In this document: one piece after another, positions 17,825-25,686 of the stretch
Position numbering within the stretch: position 1 is the stretch's first letter
How the letters are laid out: every line of letters begins with the position of its first letter
Notes under the pieces: generated by a model
Told to the model about the DNA's origin: nothing
Database searches by the model: none
Seen by the model: only the letters and a program-made list of their open reading frames with translations
Assembly: GCA_964599005.1 (NCBI GenBank)
Contig: CAZRDU010000002.1
Coordinates: 1 to 38,238, forward strand
Origin: an uncultured Thermotogae bacterium
GTDB taxonomy: Bacteria > Bipolaricaulota > Bipolaricaulia > M55B111
Direction of reading: 5' to 3'
DNA length: 38,238 nt
Position numbers and translations under genes: made by a program

Positions 17825-18590
17825 CCAGACTGAATAACCTCCTGGCGTTTTCCGTGGTCTTTTCCCCGACCTCTTCCACGTCAACGCCTTTTATGCTGGC
17901 AAGTTCTTCACCTACATGCCTCACGAAAGCGGGTTCGTTTCTCTTCCCCCGGTAAGGTTCGGGGGTTAAAAACGGTGAATCCGTTTCGAGCAGAAGCCGA
18001 TTCAGAGGTAATTTACCGATTGTATCGCGAAGATCCGACTCTCCGTCAAAAGTCAGCGGGCCGCTTAAACCCAGATAGAAGCCAAGGTCGAGAATTTCCT
18101 CTGCAAGTTCGTAATCGCCGAAAAAACTATGCATTACCCCGGAAGGGAGTTCGTCTCTACTCTTTAAAATACCCAGGATGTCTTCTGTGGAGGACCTATT
18201 ATGCACGGAAACCGGCAACCCGAGTTCAACTGCGAGGTCCAGCTGGGCCCGAAAGGCTTTTCTCTGCTGATCACGAGGCGAGTTATCTCGATAATAGTCC
18301 AGACCTATTTCTCCTACCGCCACGACGGAATCAGAATCGGACAGGCCAAGCAATGATCTCAATGCCGAAGGCCCAAAATCCTTTGCCTCGTGAGGGTGGA
18401 ACCCCACACCGGCGTAAACACCTTCATGGCTCTCCGCTAACTCGACGGATTTCCTGCTCGACGGGACGTCCAATCCCATATTTATCATGCCGGTCTTTTC
18501 GTCACCGGCACTGGCAATTACTTTCTCCCGGTCATCATCGTAATGATCCATAAAAACGTGGGCATGGGTATCAATGAGATTTAATTTCAT
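17814..18590 (-). CDS. tatD: TatD family metal-dependent hydrolase/DNase
   Basis: IDTHAHV, GFHPHEA, GEIGLDYY, PVSVHNR, MHSFFG and LLLETDSPFL motifs. ATG 18590 forms an ATGA overlap with the nnr stop. Confidence 0.9.
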   Translation of the reverse strand: MKLNLIDTHAHVFMDHYDDDREKVIASAGDEKTGMINMGLDVPSSRKSVELAESHEGVYAGVGFHPHEAKDFGPSALRSLLGLSDSDSVVAVGEIGLDYYRDNSPRDQQRKAFRAQLDLAVELGLPVSVHNRSSTEDILGILKSRDELPSGVMHSFFGDYELAEEILDLGFYLGLSGPLTFDGESDLRDTIGKLPLNRLLLETDSPFLTPEPYRGKRNEPAFVRHVGEELASIKGVDVEEVGEKTTENARRLFSLDER

Positions 18591-20149
18591 AGTTCTTTCC
18601 CCTTTTTCTCGCTCCGCCAATCCGAGAGAACTTCGTTAATCAATTCAATCATGTCACCGGGCTGCAGTGAATCAGTTCCCAGTTCTTCCACTCCAAGTCG
18701 GCCGATTCGACAATGTAACTGTCCCCCGAGTCGAGCCGCAGCATAAGGTTTTAACCCCTGAGCGAGAAAACCCCCGATAAGTCCGGTCAAGACGTCGCCG
18801 CTTCCCCCTTTGGCAAGACCACTATTGGAGCAATTAATTACGCTTACCTCACCGCAGGGAGAACCAATTACAGTCGGCACCCCCTTGAGCAACAAGGTTA
18901 CTCCAAGGTCCCGTGCGAGTTCAGGGACAAGCTGAAACCTGCTCTGATCTACTTCTTCCGGGGTAAAGTCAAGGAGGGCGGATAGTTCGCCGGGGTGAGG
19001 AGTTAAAACCAGGTTATCTATCTCTCTCAGATCGCCAACCGCGTCCGAAAAAGCGACGACCCCGTCCGCGTCCAGCACCTTGGGCTGCGAAACGCCAGCG
19101 AGGAACTTTCTAAGAGCTCGACTCGTAATCTTCTTCCTGCCTGTTCCCGGCCCAACGGCAAGTCCGTCTTTTCCTTCAGCTGCTTCGAACAACGAGTCAA
19201 GCGATTCCAGGCCAATTCTGCCTTTTGTATCAGGCAAGGGGATCGTCAGGCCTTCAACTATATTGTTACTGAATATTTCATTTGCTTCCTCCGGTCCCGC
19301 CAGGTAAACCAGACCGGTCCCGGTCCTCAACCCGCTCCGCGCGGCGAGAATCGGAGCACCGGTCATTCCGGGAGAACCTCCTACTACCAGTAACCTTCCG
19401 AAAGTCCCTTTATGACCGCCGGGTGAACGGGTCGGCAGTAGTTCCGCCGCAAGTTGATCGTCCATAACTTCCCATATATCTCCCTCTTTTCTGAGCAGTT
19501 TTTCCGGGTATCCTACCGAAGCAACTAACTGCTTTCCCGTATACGGCCGCCCCTTCGGAACCAGCGTACCTCGCTTCAGAAAGCCCATCGTAACTGTCAA
19601 ATCGGCTCTTACGGCTTTGCCCGGAGGGTTGCCGGAATCGGCTGGTAATCCCGAAGGGAGATCTATCGCAACTATCTGGCCATTTGATTGGTTGATTGCA
19701 GAAATAAGTTCCGGGTAATCTCCCCTTAACTCTCCCTGAATACCGATACCGAAAATCGAATCGACTACCAGAGGTGGGTTACTTCTCAGAGATTTCAACA
19801 ATTCTTCTCCGGAGGGTTCCGTGTAGAAAACTTCGTTGGTGATCCTCTCAAGCACCCCTGCATTCCTTTCCGTTTCGCCGGTCAATTCCTCGCGCTCGGC
19901 CAGAATAAAAGTCTTGACCCTCACGCCCTGGTCAATCAGCCTCCTGGCGACGACCAGACCGTCCCCGCCGTTGTTACCTTTTCCAGAAATTACCAGGGCC
20001 CTGTCGGGTAGAGGTGAAATTTCCTCATTTATCAGTTCTACCGCGCTCCTCCCCGCGTTTTCCATCAAAACCGCGGCGGGGATACCCCATTCATCGACCG
20101 CCTTTCTATCCAACTCTTTTACTTTCTCTGAGCTCGTAGTGTATTTCAT
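18587..20149 (-). CDS. nnr: Bifunctional NAD(P)H-hydrate repair enzyme Nnr (epimerase + ADP-dependent dehydratase)
   Basis: The N-terminal YjeF_N domain carries GKGNNGGDGLVVARRL. The C-terminal carbohydrate-kinase-like domain carries HKGTFGRLLVVGGS and KGGSGDVLTGLIGG. Confidence 0.9.
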   Translation of the reverse strand: MKYTTSSEKVKELDRKAVDEWGIPAAVLMENAGRSAVELINEEISPLPDRALVISGKGNNGGDGLVVARRLIDQGVRVKTFILAEREELTGETERNAGVLERITNEVFYTEPSGEELLKSLRSNPPLVVDSIFGIGIQGELRGDYPELISAINQSNGQIVAIDLPSGLPADSGNPPGKAVRADLTVTMGFLKRGTLVPKGRPYTGKQLVASVGYPEKLLRKEGDIWEVMDDQLAAELLPTRSPGGHKGTFGRLLVVGGSPGMTGAPILAARSGLRTGTGLVYLAGPEEANEIFSNNIVEGLTIPLPDTKGRIGLESLDSLFEAAEGKDGLAVGPGTGRKKITSRALRKFLAGVSQPKVLDADGVVAFSDAVGDLREIDNLVLTPHPGELSALLDFTPEEVDQSRFQLVPELARDLGVTLLLKGVPTVIGSPCGEVSVINCSNSGLAKGGSGDVLTGLIGGFLAQGLKPYAAARLGGQLHCRIGRLGVEELGTDSLQPGDMIELINEVLSDWRSEKKGKEL

Positions 20150-20292
20150 AGGGAGATTTTAGGACAAGGGGGCCATGATGACAACAGAATCCAACCCGGC
20201 AGGTCAATAGCATGCCACGTAAGGGCCCGGAATTCTTACCTCGGTGTGATGTAATTGAACTCTCGTGAGATTCAACAACAGTTAAAACACCT

Positions 20293-20321
20293 TTGAATAG
20301 TAGAGTGATTTACTCTACTAT
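20293..20321 (+). promoter_or_regulatory. Putative sigma-70 promoter of sufCB
   Basis: TTGAAT (20293-20298), a 17 nt spacer, then TACTAT (20316-20321), about 40 nt upstream of the sufC ATG. Confidence 0.4.
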
Positions 20322-20322
20322 T
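20296..20322. promoter_or_regulatory. Perfect 11 bp-arm palindrome (candidate repressor operator) overlapping the suf promoter
   Basis: AATAGTAGAGT-GATTT-ACTCTACTATT. The arms are exact reverse complements and span from the -35 to the -10 hexamer. Confidence 0.5.
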
Positions 20323-20362
20323 GAGGCGATTCAGAGCAACCCGGCTAATATCAGGTGATAAC

Positions 20363-21109
20363 ATGCTCGAGGTAAATAATTTAGCGGTTAAACCGGACGA
20401 AGAAGTAATTTTACGAGATCTGAACTTTCATGCCGATCCCGGGAGTTTCCACGTGATTATGGGACCCAACGGATCCGGAAAATCGACTCTTGCCAGGACA
20501 CTCGCCGGACATCCAGAATACGAAAGTTATCGGGGTTCGGTCGGATTCAAGGGCCATGAACTGGCCGACTTGAACCCGGAAGAAAGATTGCTCGAAGGTC
20601 TGATGCTCGGCTTTCAACATCCACCCAAAATTGAAGGGGTCAAAATAGAGAGGTTCCTGAAACAAGTACTCGATAAACTGGAAGGGTACGAAAAAGAAGA
20701 GGAGAAGGAAGAAGCAATAAAATCCGCAACACGTGCCCTTGATTTCCCGGAAAAGGTTTTAAACCGAAACATTAATGACGGTTTATCCGGCGGTGAACGC
20801 AAACGCCTGGAATTACTTCAGGCTCGCCTGATCAACCCGGATTTATTGATACTGGACGAGCCCGATAGCGGGGTGGACGTGGACTCGCTCGAGCTGATCT
20901 CCCGGGAAATGAATTATTTACACGATAACGGAACCGGGATAATCTTAATTACTCATTACGGCAATCTACTGGAAGGACTGGAAGGGAGGGAAATGAAAGT
21001 GCACCTCTTCAAAGACGGGGAGATAGTTACCTCGGGCGAGGAAGACCTGATAAGGGAAGTAGAGGAAAAGGGCTTCAATCGGATCTACGAGGAGTGTGGT
21101 TGCAATTAA
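20363..21109 (+). CDS. sufC: Fe-S cluster assembly ATPase SufC
   Basis: Walker A GPNGSGKST, signature LSGGERKR, Walker B LILDEPDSGVD, and the SufC-typical N-terminus MLEVNNLAV. The start is set at ATG 20363 after AGGTGA. The track's TTG 20321 lies inside the promoter and palindrome. Confidence 0.9.
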   Translation: MLEVNNLAVKPDEEVILRDLNFHADPGSFHVIMGPNGSGKSTLARTLAGHPEYESYRGSVGFKGHELADLNPEERLLEGLMLGFQHPPKIEGVKIERFLKQVLDKLEGYEKEEEKEEAIKSATRALDFPEKVLNRNINDGLSGGERKRLELLQARLINPDLLILDEPDSGVDVDSLELISREMNYLHDNGTGIILITHYGNLLEGLEGREMKVHLFKDGEIVTSGEEDLIREVEEKGFNRIYEECGCN

Positions 21110-22433
21110 CAGTACGAACACGATGAATCCGGACGTTGCTTCGATAGAAAATCAGATAGAGGAAATAATTGAAGGAAACGACGAACCCGAATGGGTTACG
21201 GAGCTACGCTACCAGGGATTAAGGAGTTACGAAGAGGCACCTTTAACCGATCCAGTTATCTCCGATCCGCTTGAATTCCTGTCAAAACACAGTGAAACTC
21301 CCGCCGACGATATCGAGAGCCTGGACGACCTCCCGGATGACACAAAAAATCTACTTGACGAACTCGGAATAAGTGAAATGGAACAGAAAGCGATCACCGG
21401 ATTGACTATTCAGGACGGTACGGGAATGATAGACTCCTCTTTCAGGGAAAAATGGGAAAAGCGGGGAGTAATTATGGCACCAATGAACGAAGCGGTTAAA
21501 AAATATCCCGAGCTCCGCGAGAGATTTATGAAACTCTACGATCCGGGTGAAAGTAAGCTATCTGCCTACCACACGGCCGTCTGGAATGGAGGAGTATTTC
21601 TCTGGGTCAAGGAAGGGGTGAAAGAAGAGATTCCGCTTCACTTATTCTTCCTGATTCAACAGGAGGCCCTGGCTCAGGCGCCTCATATAGTCATCCTGGC
21701 TGAGCCCAACAGCGAGATCAAGCTAATAGAGGGTTGCACTTCCCCGATTCTTTCCAAGCATTCCCTGCATCTGGATATGACAGAGGCTTACATTGGCGAG
21801 AACGCAAAAGTGGACCTTTCAGTGCTGCAGAACTGGCCCGAATACGTTCATACAAGGCCGACTCAGAGAGTAAAAGTCGCGCGGGGAGGAGAGTTCTCCA
21901 TCACGACGGTCGGGCTGGGGCCGGGAAAGTCAAATATAACCGATCCCCGGTACTGGGTGGAAGAAGAAGGGCGAGTAGAAATAAACAGTATTATCCTAAC
22001 CCAGGAGGATTCTCACGTCGATCTCGGGGGCGAAATCCACCTGGAAGGCAGCCAATCAACCGGTATAAACAACAGCAAGGCAGTAATTATGGACGATTCC
22101 CGGGTCATTACCAGAGGCAAGATCAACGCAGAAAGCTCAAACACGAAAGGGCATATAAGTTGTGACGCCCTGGTGATGGAGGATGGAGCAGCTATGGAGA
22201 CGTACCCTGGCCTCTCTTCCACCGTCGAAAACGCCGAACTCTCACACGAAGCTGCTATCGGCCAGATAAGAGAAGAAGAACTATTCTATCTCATGAGCCG
22301 GGGGTTGAGCGAGGAAGAAGCCACACAGTTGATAGTCCAGGGTTTTGTAGAACCGGCCATCGACGACCTGCCGGAAGAGTACCTGGCTGAGATAAAGAAA
22401 ATCATTGAGCTCTCCATCGAAGGGGAAATGTAG
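21096..22433 (+). CDS. sufB: Fe-S cluster assembly scaffold protein of the SufB/SufD family
   Basis: A beta-helix core, with the C-terminal block HEAAIGQIREEELFYLMSRGLSEEEATQLIVQGF characteristic of SufB. GTG 21096 overlaps sufC by 14 nt. ATG 21123 is the alternative start. Confidence 0.85.
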   Translation: MVAINSTNTMNPDVASIENQIEEIIEGNDEPEWVTELRYQGLRSYEEAPLTDPVISDPLEFLSKHSETPADDIESLDDLPDDTKNLLDELGISEMEQKAITGLTIQDGTGMIDSSFREKWEKRGVIMAPMNEAVKKYPELRERFMKLYDPGESKLSAYHTAVWNGGVFLWVKEGVKEEIPLHLFFLIQQEALAQAPHIVILAEPNSEIKLIEGCTSPILSKHSLHLDMTEAYIGENAKVDLSVLQNWPEYVHTRPTQRVKVARGGEFSITTVGLGPGKSNITDPRYWVEEEGRVEINSIILTQEDSHVDLGGEIHLEGSQSTGINNSKAVIMDDSRVITRGKINAESSNTKGHISCDALVMEDGAAMETYPGLSSTVENAELSHEAAIGQIREEELFYLMSRGLSEEEATQLIVQGFVEPAIDDLPEEYLAEIKKIIELSIEGEM

Positions 22434-22498
22434 AAAGGTATCTTTCCTCCGCCCTGCTATCGTACTGGCTTCGTCTTCTGGCTTTGATACCTAATGAC

Positions 22499-22527
22499 TT
22501 GATCCAGACCCCGGTCCGATTTATAAT
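22499..22527 (+). promoter_or_regulatory. Sigma-70 promoter of the dtxR-feo operon
   Basis: TTGATC (22499-22504), a 17 nt spacer, then a consensus TATAAT (22522-22527), 32 nt upstream of ATG 22560. Confidence 0.55.
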
Positions 22528-22538
22528 TGGTCATATTA

Positions 22539-22552
22539 TTAGGCATACCTAA
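22539..22552. promoter_or_regulatory. Palindrome TTAGG-CATA-CCTAA just downstream of the -10 box (candidate metalloregulator operator)
   Basis: The arms are exact reverse complements. TTAGG/CCTAA are the outer half-sites of the DtxR/IdeR iron box, but here they are 4 nt apart rather than 9. A second inverted repeat flanks it: AATTGGT (22525-22531) / ACCAATT (22553-22559). Confidence 0.4.
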
Positions 22553-22559
22553 ACCAATT

Positions 22560-23042
22560 ATGGTAACTCAAAGCTTAGAAGATTATCTTGAAGCGATATA
22601 CAATTCTCTCAATAGAAGAGGGCACGCAAAGACCAAGGAGATTGCGGACGACCTGGGAGTCAAAGATCCCTCGGTAACCGAAATGTTTCATAAATTGAGG
22701 GAAAAGGGGTTTATCCACTACAGGGAATACGAGGGCGTTACTCTGACGGAAAAGGGAGAAGACCTCGCAAAAGACGTCTCCGAGGTCCATGAAAACATGA
22801 AAAAATTCCTCGAACTTCTCCAGGTCTCTCCCGAGCAAGCCGATAGGGACGCATGTAAAGTAGAACACAGTTTAAGCCAGGAATCCATCGTTCAGCTGAA
22901 CAAATTCATCGAGTTCCTGGAAGCCTGCCCGGAAGACGAAGCCAGATGGGTACGGCATTTCAGATACTTCTCCGAACACGGCGAAATGCCTTCCGAATGC
23001 ACGGGAAAGGGAAAAGAGCAGGAAAAGGATGGAGAAGTATGA
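22560..23042 (+). CDS. DtxR/MntR/IdeR-family metal-dependent transcriptional regulator
   Basis: MVTQSLEDYLEAIY...TKEIADDLGVKDPSVTEMFHKLREKGFIHYREYEGVTLTEKGEDLA...HENMKKFL...ACKVEHSLS corresponds to the DtxR N-terminal wHTH plus the dimerisation/metal-binding domain. The track start TTG 22527 lies in the -10 box, so ATG 22560 was chosen. Confidence 0.9.
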   Translation: MVTQSLEDYLEAIYNSLNRRGHAKTKEIADDLGVKDPSVTEMFHKLREKGFIHYREYEGVTLTEKGEDLAKDVSEVHENMKKFLELLQVSPEQADRDACKVEHSLSQESIVQLNKFIEFLEACPEDEARWVRHFRYFSEHGEMPSECTGKGKEQEKDGEV

Positions 23043-23254
23043 CGCTAAAGCAGCTGGATGGGGATCAAAAAGCAAGAGTTATCTCGATTACCGGAGGGTC
23101 AAAACTTCGCCAGAAGCTGGCTCTCAGGGGGATATCCGAGGGAACTAGTCTCAAGGTAATCTCTTCTCGAGGTCCAATTACAATTAAATTAAACGGGAAT
23201 ACCGTGACTATCGGGCGGGGAATGGCAAAAAAAATAAAGGTGCGTAAGATATGA
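23039..23254 (+). CDS. feoA: Ferrous iron transport protein A (FeoA domain)
   Basis: A 71 aa protein, MTLKQLDGDQKARVISITGGSKLRQKLALRGISEGTSLKVISSRGPITIKLNGNTVTIGRGMAKKIKV, with an SH3-like FeoA pattern. ATGA overlap with the dtxR stop, and GGAG SD. Confidence 0.85.
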   Translation: MTLKQLDGDQKARVISITGGSKLRQKLALRGISEGTSLKVISSRGPITIKLNGNTVTIGRGMAKKIKVRKI

Positions 23255-23514
23255 AAACGAAGTCCACAATGAAGCTTTCGGAAATGGAATACGGAGAACG
23301 GGGGGTAATCAGGGAAATAAAACAGGATTTAAAGGATCAAATCCTCGGGCGAGGGATCAGAGTAGGCAAGAAGATCCGGATGGATACCAAACAACCGATA
23401 AACGGACCGGTAGTCATTACGATAGGTAAATCAACGACTTCGCTTGGTTACAACCTGGCCAGGAAGATAACCGTCGAGGTGGAAGATGACGATACTTCTG
23501 ATGGGACATCCTAA
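23251..23514 (+). CDS. feoA: Second FeoA-domain protein
   Basis: LSEMEYGERGVIREI...LGRGIRVGKKIRMDTKQPINGPVVITIGKSTTSLGYNLARKITVE matches the FeoA pattern. ATGA overlap with the first feoA. Confidence 0.75.
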   Translation: MKTKSTMKLSEMEYGERGVIREIKQDLKDQILGRGIRVGKKIRMDTKQPINGPVVITIGKSTTSLGYNLARKITVEVEDDDTSDGTS

Positions 23515-24010
23515 CGTAGGGAAGAGTGCCGTATTTAACCGTCTTACAGGAGCCAATATCACTGAATCAAACTACCCCGGAACTACTGTTGATTTCACGG
23601 AGGGCCATACTTTTATCAAGGGAAAAGAATACCGAATCATCGACGTTCCGGGAACTTTTTCCACAGAGCCCAAAGACGAAGCCGAAAGAGTAGCACTGGA
23701 TATACTCGAGGAGCACGAGGAGGCCGTGGTGATAGTCGTAATAGATTCCACGAAAGTAGAGCGCGGACTCTACCTGGCTTTTGAAGTTCTCGAGCGCGGG
23801 TACCCGGTCGTAATCGCTCTGAACATGTGGGATGACGCGGAGAAACAAAATATAGATATCGACGTTTCCCGGCTGGAGGAAATTCTGGAAGTGCCCGTCG
23901 TGCCAACCGTCGCCATAAGCGGTAAAGGGATTTCCGACCTCGTTGAGAAGATTCCATCAGCAACTCAGGTAGATATACAAAACTTAAAAGAAAAGATATC
24001 GGAACTATAA
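23486..24010 (+). CDS. feoB: FeoB N-terminal GTPase domain (stand-alone polypeptide)
   Basis: G1 GHPNVGKS, G2 PGTT, G3 DVPG and the FeoB-type G4 NMWD. 174 aa ending in TAA 24008-24010. GAGGTGG SD. Confidence 0.9.
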   Translation: MTILLMGHPNVGKSAVFNRLTGANITESNYPGTTVDFTEGHTFIKGKEYRIIDVPGTFSTEPKDEAERVALDILEEHEEAVVIVVIDSTKVERGLYLAFEVLERGYPVVIALNMWDDAEKQNIDIDVSRLEEILEVPVVPTVAISGKGISDLVEKIPSATQVDIQNLKEKISEL

Positions 24011-24011
24011 G

Positions 24012-25241
24012 ATGAAGCTAGAACCCGAAGAACGCTGGAGGCTCATCGACAGAGTTGCCAGGGAAACGGTCCAGTACGGAGCTGAAAAAACTACCATCAA
24101 GAGCACCCTGGCAGAGTTAACGGTAAAGCCGTTTACAGGTATACCCTTCGCTATAGCCATACTGTATGGCTTTTGGGCTTTCTTCAACGCTTTCGCGGGG
24201 TTTTTCACGGACGGTTTTTTCGTTCCGTTATTCGATGATCTCTGGTTGCCCTGGATTCAGGAGGCTTTTCCGTTAGAGGGAAGCTGGATTTACTACATCC
24301 TGGTCGGAGATCCCGCTGCCACTAATTCTTTCGAGGCATTCGGTATACTGACCAGCGGTCTTTTCGTAGCGGTTGGAGTCGTCCTGCCGGCAATAGTAGC
24401 GTTTTACCTCGTCATCACGGTGCTGGAGGATTCCGGTTATATGCCCAGACTGGCTGTCCTCGTAGACACGGTTCTCCACAAAATCGGCCTTCACGGTTTC
24501 GCCGTCGTCCCGATGATCCTCTCTCTGGGCTGTAACGTTCCGGGGGTCGCCTCTACCAGAACCCTGGAAACAAAGAAACAAAGGTTCATGATGATGATTC
24601 TTCTCTCGATATTTATACCATGCGGTGCCCAGCTGGGCGTTATGCTGTCGCTGATACCGGAATACTTCGGATATATTATGCTTTACCTTCTGGCCGGTTT
24701 TTTCGTATTTGGCTGGATTCTCGACAAAGTGGTTCCCGGAAGTTCTCCGGAAATTATGACTGACGTACCGCCGTTCAGAATTCCGACGATTTCAAACGTA
24801 AGCCGGAAATTATGGGTCAAGGTAAAGGGATTTTTCACGAACGCTATCCCTTTCGTCCTGCTCGGCGTCGGCCTGGTAAACCTGCTTTACCTGGCAGGTG
24901 CAATTGATTGGCTCTCAAATATTTTAGGACCTGTATTTACCGGCTGGTTTGGTATACCGGAGGAGACAGTAGCGCCGCTTATAGCCGGCTTCCTGCGGAA
25001 GGATCTGGCAGTAGCTCAGCTGTCGGCGATAGAAATGTCCGGCTTCCAGCTAATCACTTCGGTCGTTATAATATCGATCTATTTCCCGTGTATAGCCACT
25101 TTTTCCATGATTATCAAGGAAGGCAGGAAGAGCGGCGGGGTCTTAAAAGTTCTGGGTGGAAGCCTTCTGACTCTCGTTACTGTAGTCTTTCTCTGGGGCG
25201 GATTGCTCCATTTAATAGGAATGATTCTCGGGGTGACCTGA
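24012..25241 (+). CDS. feoB: FeoB membrane permease portion (gate/nucleoside-recognition domains)
   Basis: It starts 1 nt after the GTPase-domain stop, in a different frame. EERWRLIDRVARETV...LTVKPFTGIPFAIAILYGFW corresponds to the FeoB linker and first TM. Multiple TM helices follow. No obvious SD. Confidence 0.9.
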   Translation: MKLEPEERWRLIDRVARETVQYGAEKTTIKSTLAELTVKPFTGIPFAIAILYGFWAFFNAFAGFFTDGFFVPLFDDLWLPWIQEAFPLEGSWIYYILVGDPAATNSFEAFGILTSGLFVAVGVVLPAIVAFYLVITVLEDSGYMPRLAVLVDTVLHKIGLHGFAVVPMILSLGCNVPGVASTRTLETKKQRFMMMILLSIFIPCGAQLGVMLSLIPEYFGYIMLYLLAGFFVFGWILDKVVPGSSPEIMTDVPPFRIPTISNVSRKLWVKVKGFFTNAIPFVLLGVGLVNLLYLAGAIDWLSNILGPVFTGWFGIPEETVAPLIAGFLRKDLAVAQLSAIEMSGFQLITSVVIISIYFPCIATFSMIIKEGRKSGGVLKVLGGSLLTLVTVVFLWGGLLHLIGMILGVT

Positions 25242-25242
25242 A

Positions 25243-25686
25243 GTGAAACAGAGAACGTTCAATTCTATCCTGATTCTGGTCGGAGCCGGTGCTCTGATTC
25301 CCGGGGGGCTAGAGATACTGTTTACTTTAACGGGAAAAACCTTTATCTGGGGGAAGATAGCTTTCCAGGGTGAATTTATGTTCTGGCGAGGTGTGGTCCT
25401 CCTGGCCTCCGGCGTTTTTTACCTGACCGCCGTCTACCATCCCTCCCGCACGGAAAAAAGGGCCCAGGCAGTTCTGGCCAGCCTGATGATCTGGATAGTC
25501 GGTGGAATGGAAATCCTTTCCGTTATTTTAAGCTCGATTCCCGGCGATGGAGGACGCTGGTTTAATTCAACACATGGGGTTTTAAGCAGTTATACCGGAC
25601 CCTTTATCCCCGCTATCTTCCTCCTGCCAATCTCTCTCTTGCTTGTCTTCCTGATATTCGGAGAGGAGAGAAAGAATGAAGGATAG
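25243..25686 (+). CDS. Hypothetical 4-TM membrane protein inside the feo operon
   Basis: GTG 25243 lies 1 nt after the feoB stop and 7 nt after GGGGTGA. 147 aa with four hydrophobic helices. I recognise no family. Confidence 0.6.
   Translation: MKQRTFNSILILVGAGALIPGGLEILFTLTGKTFIWGKIAFQGEFMFWRGVVLLASGVFYLTAVYHPSRTEKRAQAVLASLMIWIVGGMEILSVILSSIPGDGGRWFNSTHGVLSSYTGPFIPAIFLLPISLLLVFLIFGEERKNEG

Noticed and set aside
17975-18553. 192 aa plus-strand ORF antisense to tatD
   Set aside because: It is an Arg/Pro-rich shadow ORF opposite a motif-complete TatD gene.
22433-22498. Terminator between sufB and the dtxR promoter
   Set aside because: Only a 5 bp stem (AGAAAG..CTTTC) without a U-tract is present. 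It is insufficient to call, and read-through from suf into dtxR-feo remains possible.
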